Shown: one piece after another, positions 14,307-28,893 of the stretch
Position numbering within the stretch: position 1 is the first letter of the stretch
Layout: each line of letters begins with the position of its first letter
DNA from: Octopus vulgaris
Lineage: Eukaryota
DNA length: 64,000 nucleotides
Reading direction: 5' to 3'
Assembly: GCA_951406725.2 (NCBI GenBank)
Contig: OX597826.1
Span: 55,242,001-55,306,000, forward strand
Position numbers and translations under genes: made by a program
The notes under the pieces: model-generated
Database searches by the model: none
Told to the model about the DNA's origin: nothing
Seen by the model: the letters and a program-made list of their open reading frames with translations, nothing else

Positions 14307-15163
14307 GCGTATAAAGATATATAATATATATGTGTGAATGAGTTTTATGTAGAAACAGAGAAAGAAAAACGAGACACGAATGAGATAAAGACAGAATGAT
14401 TGTTTGATTGACTGATTTATCGATCGATCGAATCGATCGATTGATTAATTGAATGACTCAGAGGTAATTGGGTAATTTATTTGATTGACGAAGATCTCAC
14501 ATTACAAAAATTAAACTTTACAATAATGGATTCTCCCTACCCCGCCCGCCCCCCACTTTCTCTCTCCCACTTTCTCTCTCTGTCTCCAGACAGAAGCCTG
14601 TATATTTTACTGCGATGTTGAATTCATTAAAGACACAAGAGAAAACAGTTAAAGGTAAAAGTTAGACAAACTGTTTGTGCAGAGGTACTGGAGTATTGAA
14701 ATTAGCCAGACAATCAAAATGGTAATGATCTTAGCCGAAAATGTCTTCGAATAATATTCGGATATAATAGAAATAATTGAAAGGACAGACAGAAGTAAAA
14801 ATAAAACTAAAATACGTTATTGATTCCTCTCAAATAAAAGGAAGCTTGGTGATAAAGACGAAAAAATGTAAAATAAAATGAGAATAAACATAAATGATGA
14901 GATTGGTTGCCTAGTTTCGTTAATACACCAACGTCCTCCATTCTTTGCTGCTCTTCTGACAGTAATGTATGTATGTATGTATGTATGAATGTATGTATGT
15001 ATGTATGTATGAATGTATTATATGTATGTATGCATGTATGTATGTATGCATGTATGTATGCATGTATGTATGTATGCATGTATGTATGCATGTATGTATT
15101 ATATGTATGTATTTATATATGTTTTTGTGTATGTACGTATATGTGTACATATATATATATATG

Positions 15164-15228
<65 letters not shown>

Positions 15229-15423
15229 AGTTAGATAGAGAGACTGATAGATACGTACATATATTTACGTATACAAAAACATATATATATGGGTATGTTT
15301 GCGGGTGTATGCAAATATTCATACACGTATATATGCATATAACATTCACGTATGAGTATATATTTCTATTTACGTGTGTATGTACGTATTAATATAAATG
15401 TATATGTGTACATATATATATAC

Positions 15424-15477
<54 letters not shown>

Positions 15478-15525
15478 CATACACACATGTATGTATACAT
15501 ATGTATGTATATATACATATATATG

Positions 15526-15568
<43 letters not shown>

Positions 15569-15932
15569 ATATATATATATATACCAGTGATATACTAGTT
15601 CAAATCAGTCGTTTATATCATTTCCTCAGTAAAATATGGCTTTGTGCTCGGTCAAAAGAAAAACAATATTTTTCACACTTCAAATGGATGTTAATTTATT
15701 TATACAGGAAAGACACAAATTACACCATTATTTTAATATTCTATTCTTCCATTATTCCATAGGATTTCGTGTTATCTAATGATCAAATATTTTAGTGCTA
15801 GCTACGCAGTTTTAAAGAAGAAATTGATGTTGTAGTTATTGTTGTTGTTGTTATTGTTGCTACTGATGATGATAATGATGATGATGGTGATGCTGGTGGT
15901 GGTGGTGGTGGTGGTGGTGGTGGTGATGGTGG

Positions 15933-15967
<35 letters not shown>

Positions 15968-16229
15968 ATGATGATTAGGAGGATTTTATTTTTTTACGTT
16001 TTGTTATTTAACAAAAAGCGACCTCTGATCGATCAGACACATGATTCAAATAATTCCAGTCAGCTATTGTAATTATGTGACCATCTCGTCTTTTTTTATG
16101 AGTCTATTGACTACATTATCTAAGATGCTATTTCCATATAATTTAAGGCTGTATTTTGAAAGGCTGGTATGAAGGAGTCTCAAAGTCTTAGTTTTAGTTC
16201 CTCTAGTACAGTCGGACTACACACTGGGT

Positions 16230-16640
16230 AACGAAACGTCTCCAATAATCCGAGTTTTGAATATAGTCGCCTGCATCATCCTAGGTGAAGCTATCTTCTT
16301 TCAGAATTCCTTTGATGGATATGCACCATGTCGTCTTGGTCTCACACTCTTTATTCGTCAATTTAGCGGTGTTCTTTGTACAGCTGTCTTGGGTATTCTT
16401 CCCTGTGGAAGTCGGAAAACATGGTCTGCACGTCTCACTTTTCTTTATCCCACAATCTCCTGTTGGCTGCCCAAATTATCTCTTCTCGGGGCTTAGGGAG
16501 ATTGCGATTCTATCCTTGTACGTGATCTTGCGTATTCTATGTAAAGAACTATGGTGGTGGAAAACTCGCAACCTCTGAGTGATCTTGGCATTCATTTTCT
16601 GGTGTGTATTTCTGGAAGGCCTGCACACCACTTTCGTAGA
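16230..16640 (-). mobile_element. RTE-clade LINE 3' coding relic
   Basis: Minus-strand translation across frameshifts: RLRVFHH...RIRKITYKDRI...DHVFRLPQGRIPKTAVQRTP...RP, the RTE ORF C-terminus. Confidence 0.8.
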
Positions 16641-16959
16641 ATGCCCTTCTTTTAGCTCCTAGATACTGAAAAGGCATATGTAAGCCGTAACGTAAGAACA
16701 AGGGAAATATTATAAACATTTATCTTAATATAGTTGTAGTTAGTGTTGTTTTTGTTGTTGCCGTTTTACCTAGGTCAAGTTCAATTCAGTTGACCTGTAA
16801 TGAAAGAAATTCCAACCGTGAGTACCCTATCTCTTTTTATATTTAAGAACACAATATCCCAATTTCATTTACTTTAAAACGGCTTAAAGTAATCTGAGTG
16901 AATTTTTTTGTTTGTAGCAGACTAAACGATCCGTCAGTGGTTTCCTTGTTGCTTAGGGC

Positions 16960-17710
16960 AAGTAGAGATGAGGTGTACGGTAGAGTGCTATAATGTATAG
17001 TTGAATTGTAGAGTAGTGTTCAAATATGTTGTATTGTTGAGTTTTATAAAATAGTGTAATGTTGTAGATTTCTGTAGAGTGAACTGATATATTAGTGTAA
17101 TGTAGACATATGGTGTAGGGTATGTTGTACTGTATTTTAATGTAGAATTGATTGGAAATGTAATATATATATATGTGATGTATATTAGAGGCGTGTTGTA
17201 GATCGTTATAACGTGTGGTCGAATAGTATAGAATAGACTGATATATTAATGTGATATTAAGATGTGAAGTAATGTAGAATTGTCCGAAATATATTAGTGT
17301 ATTGTAGACATGTGGAGCCATGTAGAATGTTATAACGTAATTTGAGTAATGTAGACTGGTGTAGGGTAGAATGTTATAACCTATTGCAGATTAATGTAGA
17401 GTGCAGTAGAGTGAACTAATATTTTAGTGTAATGTAGAGAGTATTGTAATTTATTGAAGAGTTGTGAGCACTGTAGGGAGTATTGTAGTGTTAAGATGTG
17501 GTTGAGGGTAAAGTACTATTATGTATAATAGAGTTTTAGAGTAGCTTGAAGTGGACTGATATAATAGTGTTGAAATGTGGTTTAGTATACAGGTGTGGAA
17601 TTGAGTGGTATAAAGTATTGTAGAATAGTGCAGAGGAGACGGGTGTATTAGTGGCCTATTGAGATGTGATGTAGAGTATATTGTGCTGCAGACTTGTAGA
17701 GCTGGTTGAA
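16960..17710. repeat. Degenerate TGTAG(A)-rich minisatellite
   Basis: Recurrent tgtag/gtatt units and strong C-poor strand bias. Confidence 0.75.
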
Positions 17711-17713
17711 ATA

Positions 17714-17938
17714 TTACTCTTTTACTCTTTTAATTGTTTCAGTCATTTGACTGTGGCCATGCTGGAGCACCGCCTTTAGTCGAGCAAATCGACCCCAGGA
17801 CTTATTCTTTGTAAGCCTAGTACTTCTTCTCTCGGTCTCTTTTGCCGAACCGCTAAGTTACGGGGACGTAAACACACCAGCATTGGTTGTCAAATGATGT
17901 TGGGGATGGGGACACAATCACAGACTCACAAGCACACA

Positions 17939-18024
<86 letters not shown>

Positions 18025-18187
18025 CGACGGGCTTCTTTCAGTTGCTGTCTACCAAATCCACTCACAAGGCTTTGGTCGGCCTGAGGCTATAGTAGAATAC
18101 ATTTGCCCAAGATGCAATGTAGTGGGGCTGAACCCAAAGCCATGTGGTTCGTAAGCAAGCTACTTACCAGACAGCCATTCCTGCGCC
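17714..18187 (-). mobile_element. SINE family A, full length
   Basis: Head ggcgcagg..tggctgt.tggtaag, internal (TA)/(CA) tract, (AAGAGTA)n tail. Confidence 0.92.
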
Positions 18188-18226
18188 TATTAATATAATG
18201 TAGTTATATAGCGTTGGGTTGAAGAG

Positions 18227-18484
18227 AACTCAGAACATAAAGACATACGAAATGCCTATTTCTTTACTACCAACAAGGGGCTAAACACAGAGAATGCAAA
18301 CAAGGACAGACAAACGGATTAAGTCGATTATATCGATCCCAGTGCGTAACTGGTACTTATTTAATCGACCCCGAAAGGATGAAAGGCAAAGTCGACCTCG
18401 GCGGAATTTGAACTCAGAACGTAACGGCAGACGAAATACGGCTAAGCATTTCGCCCGGCGTGCTAACGTTTTTGCCAGCTCGCA
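18227..18484 (-). mobile_element. SINE family C
   Basis: Same core as 10311-10888. Confidence 0.9.
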
Positions 18485-18571
18485 ACCTTACATTAATGAA
18501 TATTGTTATAGTTATTGTTGTTCGTAATGTGGTGCTTTGCCCCAGGTCAGCACTGAACTTGTGTGCTAAGT

Positions 18572-18953
18572 GGAAGCACTCCGTCGGTTACGACGATGAG
18601 GGTTCCGGTTCATCCGAATCAACGGAACAGCTTGCTCGTGAAATTAACGTGTAAGTGGCTGAGCACTCCACAGACACGTGTACCCTTAACGTAGTTCTCG
18701 GGGATATTCAGCGTGACACAGAGAGTGACAAGGCCGGCCCTTTGAAATACAGGTACAACAGAAACGGGAAGTAAGAGTGAGAGAAAGTTGTGGTGAAAGA
18801 GTACAGCAGGGATCACCACCATCCCCTGCCAGAGCCTCGTGGAGCTTTAGGTGTTTTCGCTAAATGAACACTCACAACGCCCGGTCTGGGAATCGAAACC
18901 GCGATCTTATGACCGCGAGTCCGCTTCCCTAACCACTGGGCCATTGCGCCGCC
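18572..18953 (-). mobile_element. tRNA-derived SINE family B, full length
   Basis: Pol III A/B-box-like head (tggcccagtggttagg...gtttcgattcc); candidate TSD ACTGAACTTGT at 18552-18562 and 18957-18967. Confidence 0.92.
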
Positions 18954-19756
18954 ACTACTGAACTTGTAGGCATGAGTTCAAAAGGTATTTCAGTCACGAT
19001 CGTCCGATTACATTTTCAACTATGGTAAAGAACGTCAACCAACATTACCCTTCGTCTTTTGTTAAGGCAGGCTATCATTCGAAAGGGGTATGGCTACTAT
19101 TTTAAGCATATCGAGCAACCAAATAACACATTCCATATTGGCTCTTAGTATAAATTTAGTATTTAGGGGTGATGTATACTGATATAGTATATACAAGCCA
19201 TGTAGATTACAACATACATTATTGTAGTTGTTTAGTGCTGGGTCGATCCGGATTGAGAAGACTTAGGATCGAAAGCATTCCAACAGAGACCATCGTGATA
19301 TTTTCTTGAGCGATACATTTCTGGTACTGCATTATTTTCTAATGCACTTATTCACTTTAAATCGGTAGAGTATTATATGAGAGGATTTAGCTGCTATTTC
19401 TAACATGTTGAAACAGTATTTCTCGCTGGCTCGTGATAGTAATTATTTCCCTCAGAAGCACAGGGTCAAAGTTATGCGGGAAGAGGTTATCGTTCAATCG
19501 ACCGCACTTGTTTATTTCATCCATCCCCAGGAGGTTCAATGGTAAAATTGACCTTAGTTGGGTTGAACCAAGAACATAGAGACTTGAATTAATACCACTG
19601 TTCTACTGAGGATGTCAGTTTACCACTTTATGTTTATGTATGTATGTATGTATGTATGTATGTATGTATGTATGTATAGATAGATAGATAGATAGAATAG
19701 ATAGATAGACATAGATATGAATGAATTTATATGTGTAATGTAAGTGTAGATACAAT

Positions 19757-19794
<38 letters not shown>

Positions 19795-19834
19795 TATACA
19801 CACACATGCATACATTCAGATAGATAGATTGATT

Positions 19835-19891
<57 letters not shown>

Positions 19892-20026
19892 TTAGAGAGA
19901 GATTTGATATGCACTTCGAAACACGCATGTATGTATATATACATGTGTAGAAGCACACACACATGAACATGTGTACACATACAAATATATACGTGAATGT
20001 GTTTGTATATATACATATATACATAC

Positions 20027-20104
<78 letters not shown>

Positions 20105-20837
20105 ATACACACATACACCACACACAGTGAAGCTTCTGCAGGTGTTTACTGTATCGACATAGGAACAATTGAAAATCAAAAACACTTCTCCTGTTCCTCT
20201 GCCGGGTTTGAGCCTACATAGTAAAGAGCCGCAACTACTAAAACACCACGTGACATTTTTCTCCAGCACTTCACCATTATTACAAAACCGCCATTACTCC
20301 CGCCCCAGTCCTAAATTTTCTCCTACATATTGTATTTCTTCATAAATACAATTTCTATTCATTTAAGTCTCCATATTTGTTTATATTAACGTTATACAAA
20401 TGTGTTTTATATATCTCTGTTTATTAAATATATCTATTCTCTTGTATATAATTCCTTCTCCCTGTTATATCCGTTTATTAATCCGTCAATTTAAACCCAG
20501 TCGATTAAACCCTAATCTCTATGCTGACATCACGTTGTCCAAATATGGTTGCTTCCCCACAGTTGCCATAAACCCCCAATTCCAGAACTTTACAACTCCC
20601 TGGTGACTTCATTGAATAAATAATTCGATGATGGACTCTTCCATGATTTAATCCTTAAAATGCATCAAGTGTCTGGATTCGAGTTTGCTGTTTTCTTTTA
20701 TATGTATATATTTGATTCTTTTCTTGTTGTTTATGTTCGTATTTGTGTTTGTTATCGTTGGTTTTGTCTTTGTTAACTGTTGCTGTTCTTCTCTGACTCG
20801 CTCACTCTCTATCAATCTGTCTATTTGTATGTCTGTG

Positions 20838-20922
<85 letters not shown>

Positions 20923-21139
20923 ATCTATATTTTCTCTCTCTCTCTCTCTCTCTCTCTGTTTCTTTCTCTCACTGGCTTGTATACAAACACACATACACAT
21001 ATATACACATGGGTGTATATACATATATACATACATAATATATATGTTAGTACATTTCCAGAAATATATATATGTACAGACATATACATTCACATATGTA
21101 TATATGAATATAATGTATATACACACACACAGATATATA

Positions 21140-21174
<35 letters not shown>

Positions 21175-21288
21175 CATACATGCGTATATATGTGTGCATG
21201 TGTCTGTTGAACACTGTTATGCTGTGTAAAATACACAAACACATATATAGCTCGTTTCACATCCTTCTCTTGCGATCAATCTATCTAA

Positions 21289-21352
<64 letters not shown>

Positions 21353-21368
21353 ACATAGTCTCTCTCTG

Positions 21369-21403
<35 letters not shown>

Positions 21404-22342
21404 ATGTCTTTCTTTCTATCTATTTTATCGCTATATCTGCCTCTACCTTGTTTTTCTGTATATATGCATAACTTCATTTATGCATATATGCCTGTGTGGT
21501 TGTGTGTGTATGTGTGTGTGTGTGTGTGTGTGTCTGTGTGTGTTTGCACGTGTGTATAAATATGTGTGCAGGCCTGTTTGTGTAGATGTATGCGGGTGGA
21601 TGGTCGGTGGTGGTGGGGACTTATAAGTTCTGCACACATTTGTGAGTATGTGAGTGTTGAAGCATGCCGGAATTAATATATCCGTTTCTGTTTTCAATAA
21701 AGCTCCCTCATTGGTATTCATACAACAACGAGGTAGAATCACGTGATGGACATTTAAGGCGCCCGCAGGTCATACAGTTCCGTACATATATATATCAGAT
21801 AAATAGATATAGATCTAGTTATATCTTCATTATGGGTACACTACTCATCCACAAATGGTAAGAAATATTTCGTATACTTCAGTAAAAAGGGGAGTACCAG
21901 CGGTGCTCCAGCATGGCTGCAGTCATGATTGAAGCAAGCAAAAGATAAAAGATAATATATGATGTGGGGATATGAAACCTAAACTGCTATAATAAGGGTG
22001 TATATAGTTTAAGTTGATTTCATTTATATGGTTCCCGCTAAAGAAAGGTTTTGCTTGTATCTGAAATACACCATGTTTGCAGAAATATAAATGTGTCCCG
22101 GTATACGATTCATTTATTTAAACATATTCTAATGTATTTTAGCATATGTTAGTATATCTAAATACTTAAATATCTATCAATCTATGTATCTAGCTATCGA
22201 TCGATCAATTTATTAATCTATCTCCCTATACGTTTGTGCATGTGTGAATGTGTGTTTTATGCATGCATGCATTTACACATGTACACACTTATGCATATAT
22301 GCATGCGTGTATATATACGTATCCACATATGTTTGCATACAC

Positions 22343-22381
<39 letters not shown>

Positions 22382-22385
<4 letters not shown>

Positions 22386-22676
22386 CAGTGGTTAGGGCAG
22401 CGGACTCGCGGTTGTAGAATCGCGGTTTCGATTCCCAGACCGGGCGTTGTGAGTGTTTATTGAGCGAAAACACCTAAAGCTCCACGAGGCTCCGGTAGGG
22501 GATGGTGGCGATCCCTGCTGTAGTCTTTCGCCACAACTTTCTCTCACTCTTTCTTCTGTTGGCCTGCTCGCTTAGCCAGCGGGGTGGCATCATTTGAGGG
22601 CTAAAACAATGCAAAGCGCATTGTGACCAGCGATGTGTAGCAACATCTGGTAGCCTGGTCGGTCACGGTGATCACG

Positions 22677-22681
<5 letters not shown>
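22382..22681 (+). mobile_element. SINE family B head with an alternative 3' tail
   Basis: Matches family B to about 22550, then an unrelated tail ending (TCACGGTGA)2. Confidence 0.85.
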
Positions 22682-22735
<54 letters not shown>

Positions 22736-23251
22736 TTACATGTGTATGCATATATGTTTGAATGTATTTGTGTGAATATATATATCTGTGTGTGTGTGCA
22801 TGCCTGTGTATGTGTAAATGGAGAATGTGAGATAGAAACAGGCAGAAAAACAAGCAGAAGTACAAAGAGGCAGAGTTAAAGTCGTTCAATACGACTAAAA
22901 ACAAGGAAGATTTATTTTATTTGAGAATGACTCAAAATAAGTGTAAATTTAAATATTTTTTCTACGTCTCTCGAGAGTGACACTCTAGTTTCGGTTAGTA
23001 CGAGGCTTATTGAAATGTGTATATATATATATATATATATACAAACATATACGCATAAATATATATGGTGTAAAAGCAATAACCATTCTTAGGAACAACA
23101 CCCAAAGAACACACTTAAACCAATTTTATATTAATTTAAGGTTTGGGAGAATGAAAGAAACCACTTTAAATTTTGGGATGTAAATTCTTCATCAGACACA
23201 AATAAGTGCAGGGAGAGTGTGAGAGAAAGAGAGAGGAGAAAAGAGGGAGAG

Positions 23252-23300
<49 letters not shown>

Positions 23301-23419
23301 CTAATTATATTTTAAGAGAACGGTGAAGTATTCAGTTGAAATTTTAAGGGTTACGAATGAGACGAAATGTTATTCAAGATTGATGGCCTTGTGTCAAAAT
23401 TTGAAAGAATTAATAATTT

Positions 23420-23573
23420 TTTGGGGTTTACGTTCTGAATCAGATACCACCGAGGTCAACGTTGGTTTTCATCCTTTCAGGATAGATAAATGAAGTACCA
23501 GTTGCGTATTGGGGTCGATCTAATCGACTGCCCCGCCTCGCCAAAAATTTCGGGCCTTGTGCCTAGAGTAGAA
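23420..23573 (+). mobile_element. SINE family C fragment
   Basis: gaggtcaac...ttcatcctttc...aagtaccag...ggggtcgat. Confidence 0.75.
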
Positions 23574-23592
23574 AATAATATTATTTTTATTT

Positions 23593-23626
<34 letters not shown>

Positions 23627-24854
23627 TATAGAAGGAGGAGAAGAAGTAGGTGATGGTGAAAGATGGTTAGTGGAAGTTGCAGATGGTAGAATAAGTGGGC
23701 CAGGAGATAAAGTACATTGTGTTATTTAATTATGTATCTGTATGCTCTGAGTTCAAATCCTTCTTTGGACAATCACGTTCGTTACATCAAAACTTATCAT
23801 AATTCTAAAATTTCTAAAAAAAAAGAAAAAAAATGAAAAAAAAGAAAAAAAGATTTTAGTTAGCAATCAAAACGTCTGAGGGGTTTGGGGTTCATAATTC
23901 GAACCTAGAACTCTTGGTTCAGATGTAGACAACTACATGAAGACATTCACTCAACAACCAATCTCTATAGAGTAGAAATGATGTTATAATATAAACAAGT
24001 GGCTTCGTGGCTCGGATCTGCTCGTTAATCAAATAAAGTGTTTAAATGAAACTTAATCCAAATTCTGATCCTTTAAGGGAAAAATAAAACTTGTCGATTT
24101 GAGTGAAGTATGCTTAGAGGAAGAAAGATGGCGTATAATTATAATGTTGGTCTTCCTCTTGAGAGTCACTGAGTCATCACTTTTCCAAGCTCTATAATTT
24201 CAATTCGTTTTGTGTTTTCCAGTTTTATTTTTCATCAGTTTTTAAATGTTTCAGATATGCATGCACATGCTCACACACGCCTGCACATGCGCAGATTCAT
24301 GCGCACAAAGCCGACACACATTTACAAAAATTACGGAAAGATATACGAAGATTCATGCACACATGCACACACAAAAAGTATACACGTGTGCATTTATAAA
24401 CACGCATTTAACACAAGCGTGTGTAAATGTATACATCAGGCCTATAAATGCAGGCGTAAATGGCCTCGTTTTTAAACGTGTAAACATACACATGATGATG
24501 CGTATACGTATATAAACACGTAGATACACAAATACACGTGCTTAGGCATACATATATATACACAACAGTAGTAGAAGCAAACAAATTTGCTTACACACAT
24601 ATAAACATGCACGTCCTCACGTACATCTTCACAAATATAGATACGTCCACACACATTTGCAAATAAATACAAACGTATATAAAGAAGCACACGTACACAC
24701 ACACACAGACATACACACACACAGACATACACACACACAGACGAGGATACAAATAAGCGCACATATATACACTTATCTACTCGTATTTAATACAAGTATA
24801 TATACACATACAAAACAGACGTATAAACACAAATGTAGACATCTTATAGAGATA

Positions 24855-24937
24855 AGCTTTGTGAGTGAATTTGGTAGACGGAAACATAAAGAAGCTCGTC
24901 GTATATATGTATATATATGTATATATGTATATATATG

Positions 24938-24986
<49 letters not shown>

Positions 24987-25188
24987 TTCTGTGTCTGTGT
25001 TTGTCCCCCCCAACATCGCTTGACAACCGATGCTGGTGTGTTTACATCTCCGTAACTTAGCGGTTTGGCCAAAGAGACCGATAAAATAAGTACTAGGCTT
25101 ACAAAGAATAAGTCCTGGGGTCGATTTTCTCGACTAAATGTGGTGCACCAGCATGGCCACAGTCAAATGACTGAAACAACTAAAAGAG
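24855..25188 (+). mobile_element. SINE family A, 5'-truncated
   Basis: Matches the 38770-39080 part of the full copy. Confidence 0.9.
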
Positions 25189-25488
25189 ACATACAGAGAC
25201 TTATAAAGACAAATATACACATAAAGACACACACATATATACATACATACGTATACACACGTACATGTATATAGAACGATAGAAATACAGACATTTTCGT
25301 ACACACATATAAACTTGCATATATATGTCCACACACATTTACAATTACACGCAGACGCAAACACAAACTCATAATATTTAATAAAAGCGTATAGAAATAC
25401 ACAGCAGGTGAAGAAATACAAAGATAAGCAGCCACGTGTATAAACATATAAACGTATACATAAACGCACACGTATATAAACACATCGT

Positions 25489-25842
25489 GGCACTCTGTCG
25501 GTTGCGACGACGAGGGTTCCAGTTGATCAGATCAACGGAACAGCCTGCTCATGAAATTTACGTGCAAGTGGGTGAGTACTCCACAGAAACGTGTAGTTCT
25601 CGGGGAGAATCAGCGTGACACAAGGCTGGCCCTTTGGAATACCGGTACCACAGAAAACAGGAAGAAAGAGTGGGAGAAAGTTGTGGTGAAAGAATACAGC
25701 AGGGTTCGCCACCACTCCCTGCCGGAGCCTCGTATGAGCTTTAGGTGTTTTCGCTCAATAATCACTCACAATCTGGGAATCGAAACCGCGATTCCTATGA
25801 CCGCAAGTCTGCTACCCTAACCACTGGACCATTGCACCCCCA
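25489..25842 (-). mobile_element. SINE family B
   Basis: Matches 28250-28631 with small deletions. Confidence 0.9.
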
Positions 25843-25873
25843 CGCATTTAAACACACTCACATACATATATAT

Positions 25874-25905
<32 letters not shown>

Positions 25906-26137
25906 CATATAATAATTTAATAAATAAAACACATGCATACATACATATATGTACATACCTACATCTATATGTATATATACATGCATATATGAGTACAGGA
26001 CACAACGAGAAACGAAAACATAAGATCAAACAAGGAAACGGACTTTTATTAACCACGAAAAAACAGAGTACAAGACAAACAATACAAGAAACATTCCTCT
26101 TCTTTAGCTGCCCCTATTTCGACTCAATGCGTGTTAT

Positions 26138-26184
<47 letters not shown>

Positions 26185-26290
26185 AAATAGATCGGGAAGC
26201 TTTATGAAAATAAACAAAAGACGAAGGCAGGTGGAATACAAACAAACAATTGTATTAGTATGGCGCTCAGGAATATAAATAAAACAAGTT

Positions 26291-26325
26291 TTTTACGTTT
26301 CGAGCCTACGCTCTTCAACAGAAAG
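26291..26325 (-). ncRNA. Hammerhead-like motif, CUGUNGA variant family, copy 1
   Basis: Minus strand: cttt CTGTTGA a GAGC-gtag-GCTC GAAA CG TA aaa. Confidence 0.55.
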
Positions 26326-26392
26326 ATACACAGAAAGGAAACACGGAGAGAAACAAGGAGAGAAAAAAAAATGCGTGCGGAAGCTAGCCTTT

Positions 26393-26440
<48 letters not shown>

Positions 26441-26750
26441 TCATATACATACATATACATTCATATACATTCATATACATACATAACCACACATATACAG
26501 CAGAGTGTAAACAACAGATTTTTTTCCGCATGTATACACATGCATTTCAGTGTCTACTTCATCTTTTTACGTTCTGAGTTCAAGTCTTCTGTGTTCTCTT
26601 TCTATTCTTCTGAAGATGATATAATTTTCTGGGTAGAACCAGTTGTTAAGTTAGTAGAGTAAATAGGAAATTGATTATAACAGGTTAGAAACAAATATGA
26701 AGTGATAAAAGGAACGAAAATAAAATCACATTATCAGTTAAATACTAATA

Positions 26751-27250
26751 CATTAATCTCTTGACTATCGCGTGTGTTACGTTCTAAAAGCCCCTGCGAT
26801 AGGGGACAATCTGCGAAGTGGAATCGGTACTGTATGTTTTTATTTTTTAAAAATTATTTTTATAATTTGTATAAATTTATTTTATCAAACATTCAAAATA
26901 ACCCCATAAACTCGCCGCCCGAGTTTCGTTTTCCATTCAGTATGTGCAATTCTTTGTTTACTCATCGTCGGTACACTACGTATTTTCTTTTAATATATTT
27001 TGATTAATGTATTATATAGTGCAGTACTGTAACTGTATTTTTAATTATGAATTTATTAATTATTAGGCGTGGAAACGCTTATTTTAACCGCAGAAATAAT
27101 TAAAATGTAAAAAAATATAAATACTTATCGGCCGCAGAAATACGCGATATACTGAGGAGTCCGAAATATAAATTTGCATATATTAGCCAGAAAAATCCGT
27201 GATGTACTGAGGGCGCGATAGGTGAACCGCGATATGGCGAGTGATTACTG
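26751..27250. mobile_element. Tc1/pogo (Tigger-like) MITE
   Basis: Imperfect TIRs CA(T/G)TAATC..T.G..TATCGCG; TA on both flanks; non-coding, 500 bp. Confidence 0.75.
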
Positions 27251-27996
27251 TACTGTTTTTGAATTCCTTCAAATAAGGGAGATAACTTCGGACCTGTTTA
27301 GGCATTATCAAATCTTTCCAGTAATGCATGTGTTTATTGTAATTGTCTTGGTAGCTACAGGAGAAGTTCCGTAACAATATTGTTCGCAAACTAGTGTAGA
27401 ATATCAGAATATTGCGTGGACTAAATTTACTAGAAGACGCTATCCACTCGAATTAACTGTACTTAAGTTAGTGTTAACATATTCAGTGTAATGAGCCTCA
27501 GAAAACTAATTAGAAATAATTATGCAGTGAATATCAGACAATTTTAATCATTCATCTCTTCTGAGATCGATAAATTATGAACCAATAATACACTGAAGTT
27601 TGATATCATCAACTGTAGAACTCTCCTCTATAAGTTTGAAGTCATATGATCAATATAAGGAATTACAATACGAAAGACGGTTTTAATGAACACCTCTTAA
27701 TTATTAAAATATTAATTCTACTATGAACTTGACACATTTCTCCATCATCTCCATGCGTTAGAGTTTTTTCATAAGATGCTACTATGCTACTCAGAGGAAG
27801 ACATTCAATGTAAAACCCATAATATTTTATTCCTGAAACCTCTCGTTGTAGTCACACCAACCCAGTTGATTGCCAGTAACATTGTCTACCAAAACAAACA
27901 ACGCGTTTATTTTGCTTCCTTTTTGGTTAATCACTTATATCTAAACGTGTTTCTCTCTTCGGAGAGATGGGTAAAAATCTGCCTTATTTTTCAGTG

Positions 27997-28155
27997 GGAG
28001 TAAGGGCTATTTCTCACTTAATATTACATATGTAATTAAATATACAAATAAAACACGCACCAAGGAAGAGATGGGTAAGGGCTATTTCTCACTTAATATT
28101 ACATATTTAATTAAATATACAAATAAAACATTACCAAGGAAGAGATGAGTAAGGC
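27997..28155. repeat. About 75-bp tandem duplication
   Basis: gtaagggctatttctcacttaatattacat...accaaggaagagatg twice. Confidence 0.9.
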
Positions 28156-28249
28156 TAGAAATAGCAGAAACATTTTCCAACAAATACGTATACGCATCAT
28201 CATGTGTATGTTTACAGGTTTAAACACGAGGCTATTTACGCCAGCATTT

Positions 28250-28631
28250 GGAAGCACTCCGTCGGTTACGACGACGAGGGTTCCGGTTGATCCGAATCAA
28301 CGGAACAGCCTGCTCGTGAAATTAACGTGTAAGTGGCTGAGCACTCCACAGACACGTGTACCCTTAACGTAGTTCTCGGGGATATTCAGCATGACACAGA
28401 GAGTGACAAGGCCGGCCCTTTGAAATACAGGTACAACAGAAACAGGAAGTAAGAGTGAGAGAAAGTTGTGGTGAAAGAGTACAGCAGGGATCACCGCCAT
28501 CCCCTGCCGGAGCCTCGTGGAACTTTAAGTGTTTTCGCTCAATAAACACTCACAACGCCCGGTCTGGGAATCGAAACCGCGATCCTATGACCGCGAGTCC
28601 GCTTCCCTAACCACTGGGCCATTGCGCCTCC
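28250..28631 (-). mobile_element. SINE family B, full length
   Basis: Near-identical to 18572-18953; flanked by CATTT duplication. Confidence 0.93.
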
Positions 28632-28696
28632 ATTTATAGGCCTGATGTATTACATTTACACACGCAATTGATTTTGAATAACAAAGACAATAATAA

Positions 28697-28893
28697 TTCT
28701 TTTTAATTTTGGCGCAAAATCAGCAATTTTAGGATCGGTTACATTGACTCCAGTACTAAACTGGTAATAATTTCATGGACATTGATGTGACAAAAGACGA
28801 AGTCGACCACAGTGGGATTTGAACTCAGAAAGTAAAAACGGACGAGATACCGTTCTGAATTTTGCCCGGCGTGCTAACGATTCTTCCAGCTCG
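28697..28893 (-). mobile_element. SINE family C, decayed
   Basis: agtcgacc...atttgaactcagaa...gcccggcgtgctaacgattc. Confidence 0.8.

Noticed and set aside
14590-14654. Possible 65-nt exon after a polypyrimidine tract and CAG
   Set aside because: Weak donor, unrecognised peptide, and the tract is a CT repeat; needs RNA-seq
22382-22450. tRNA gene-like sequence (also other SINE heads)
   Set aside because: Continues into a SINE body and lacks a full cloverleaf and terminator
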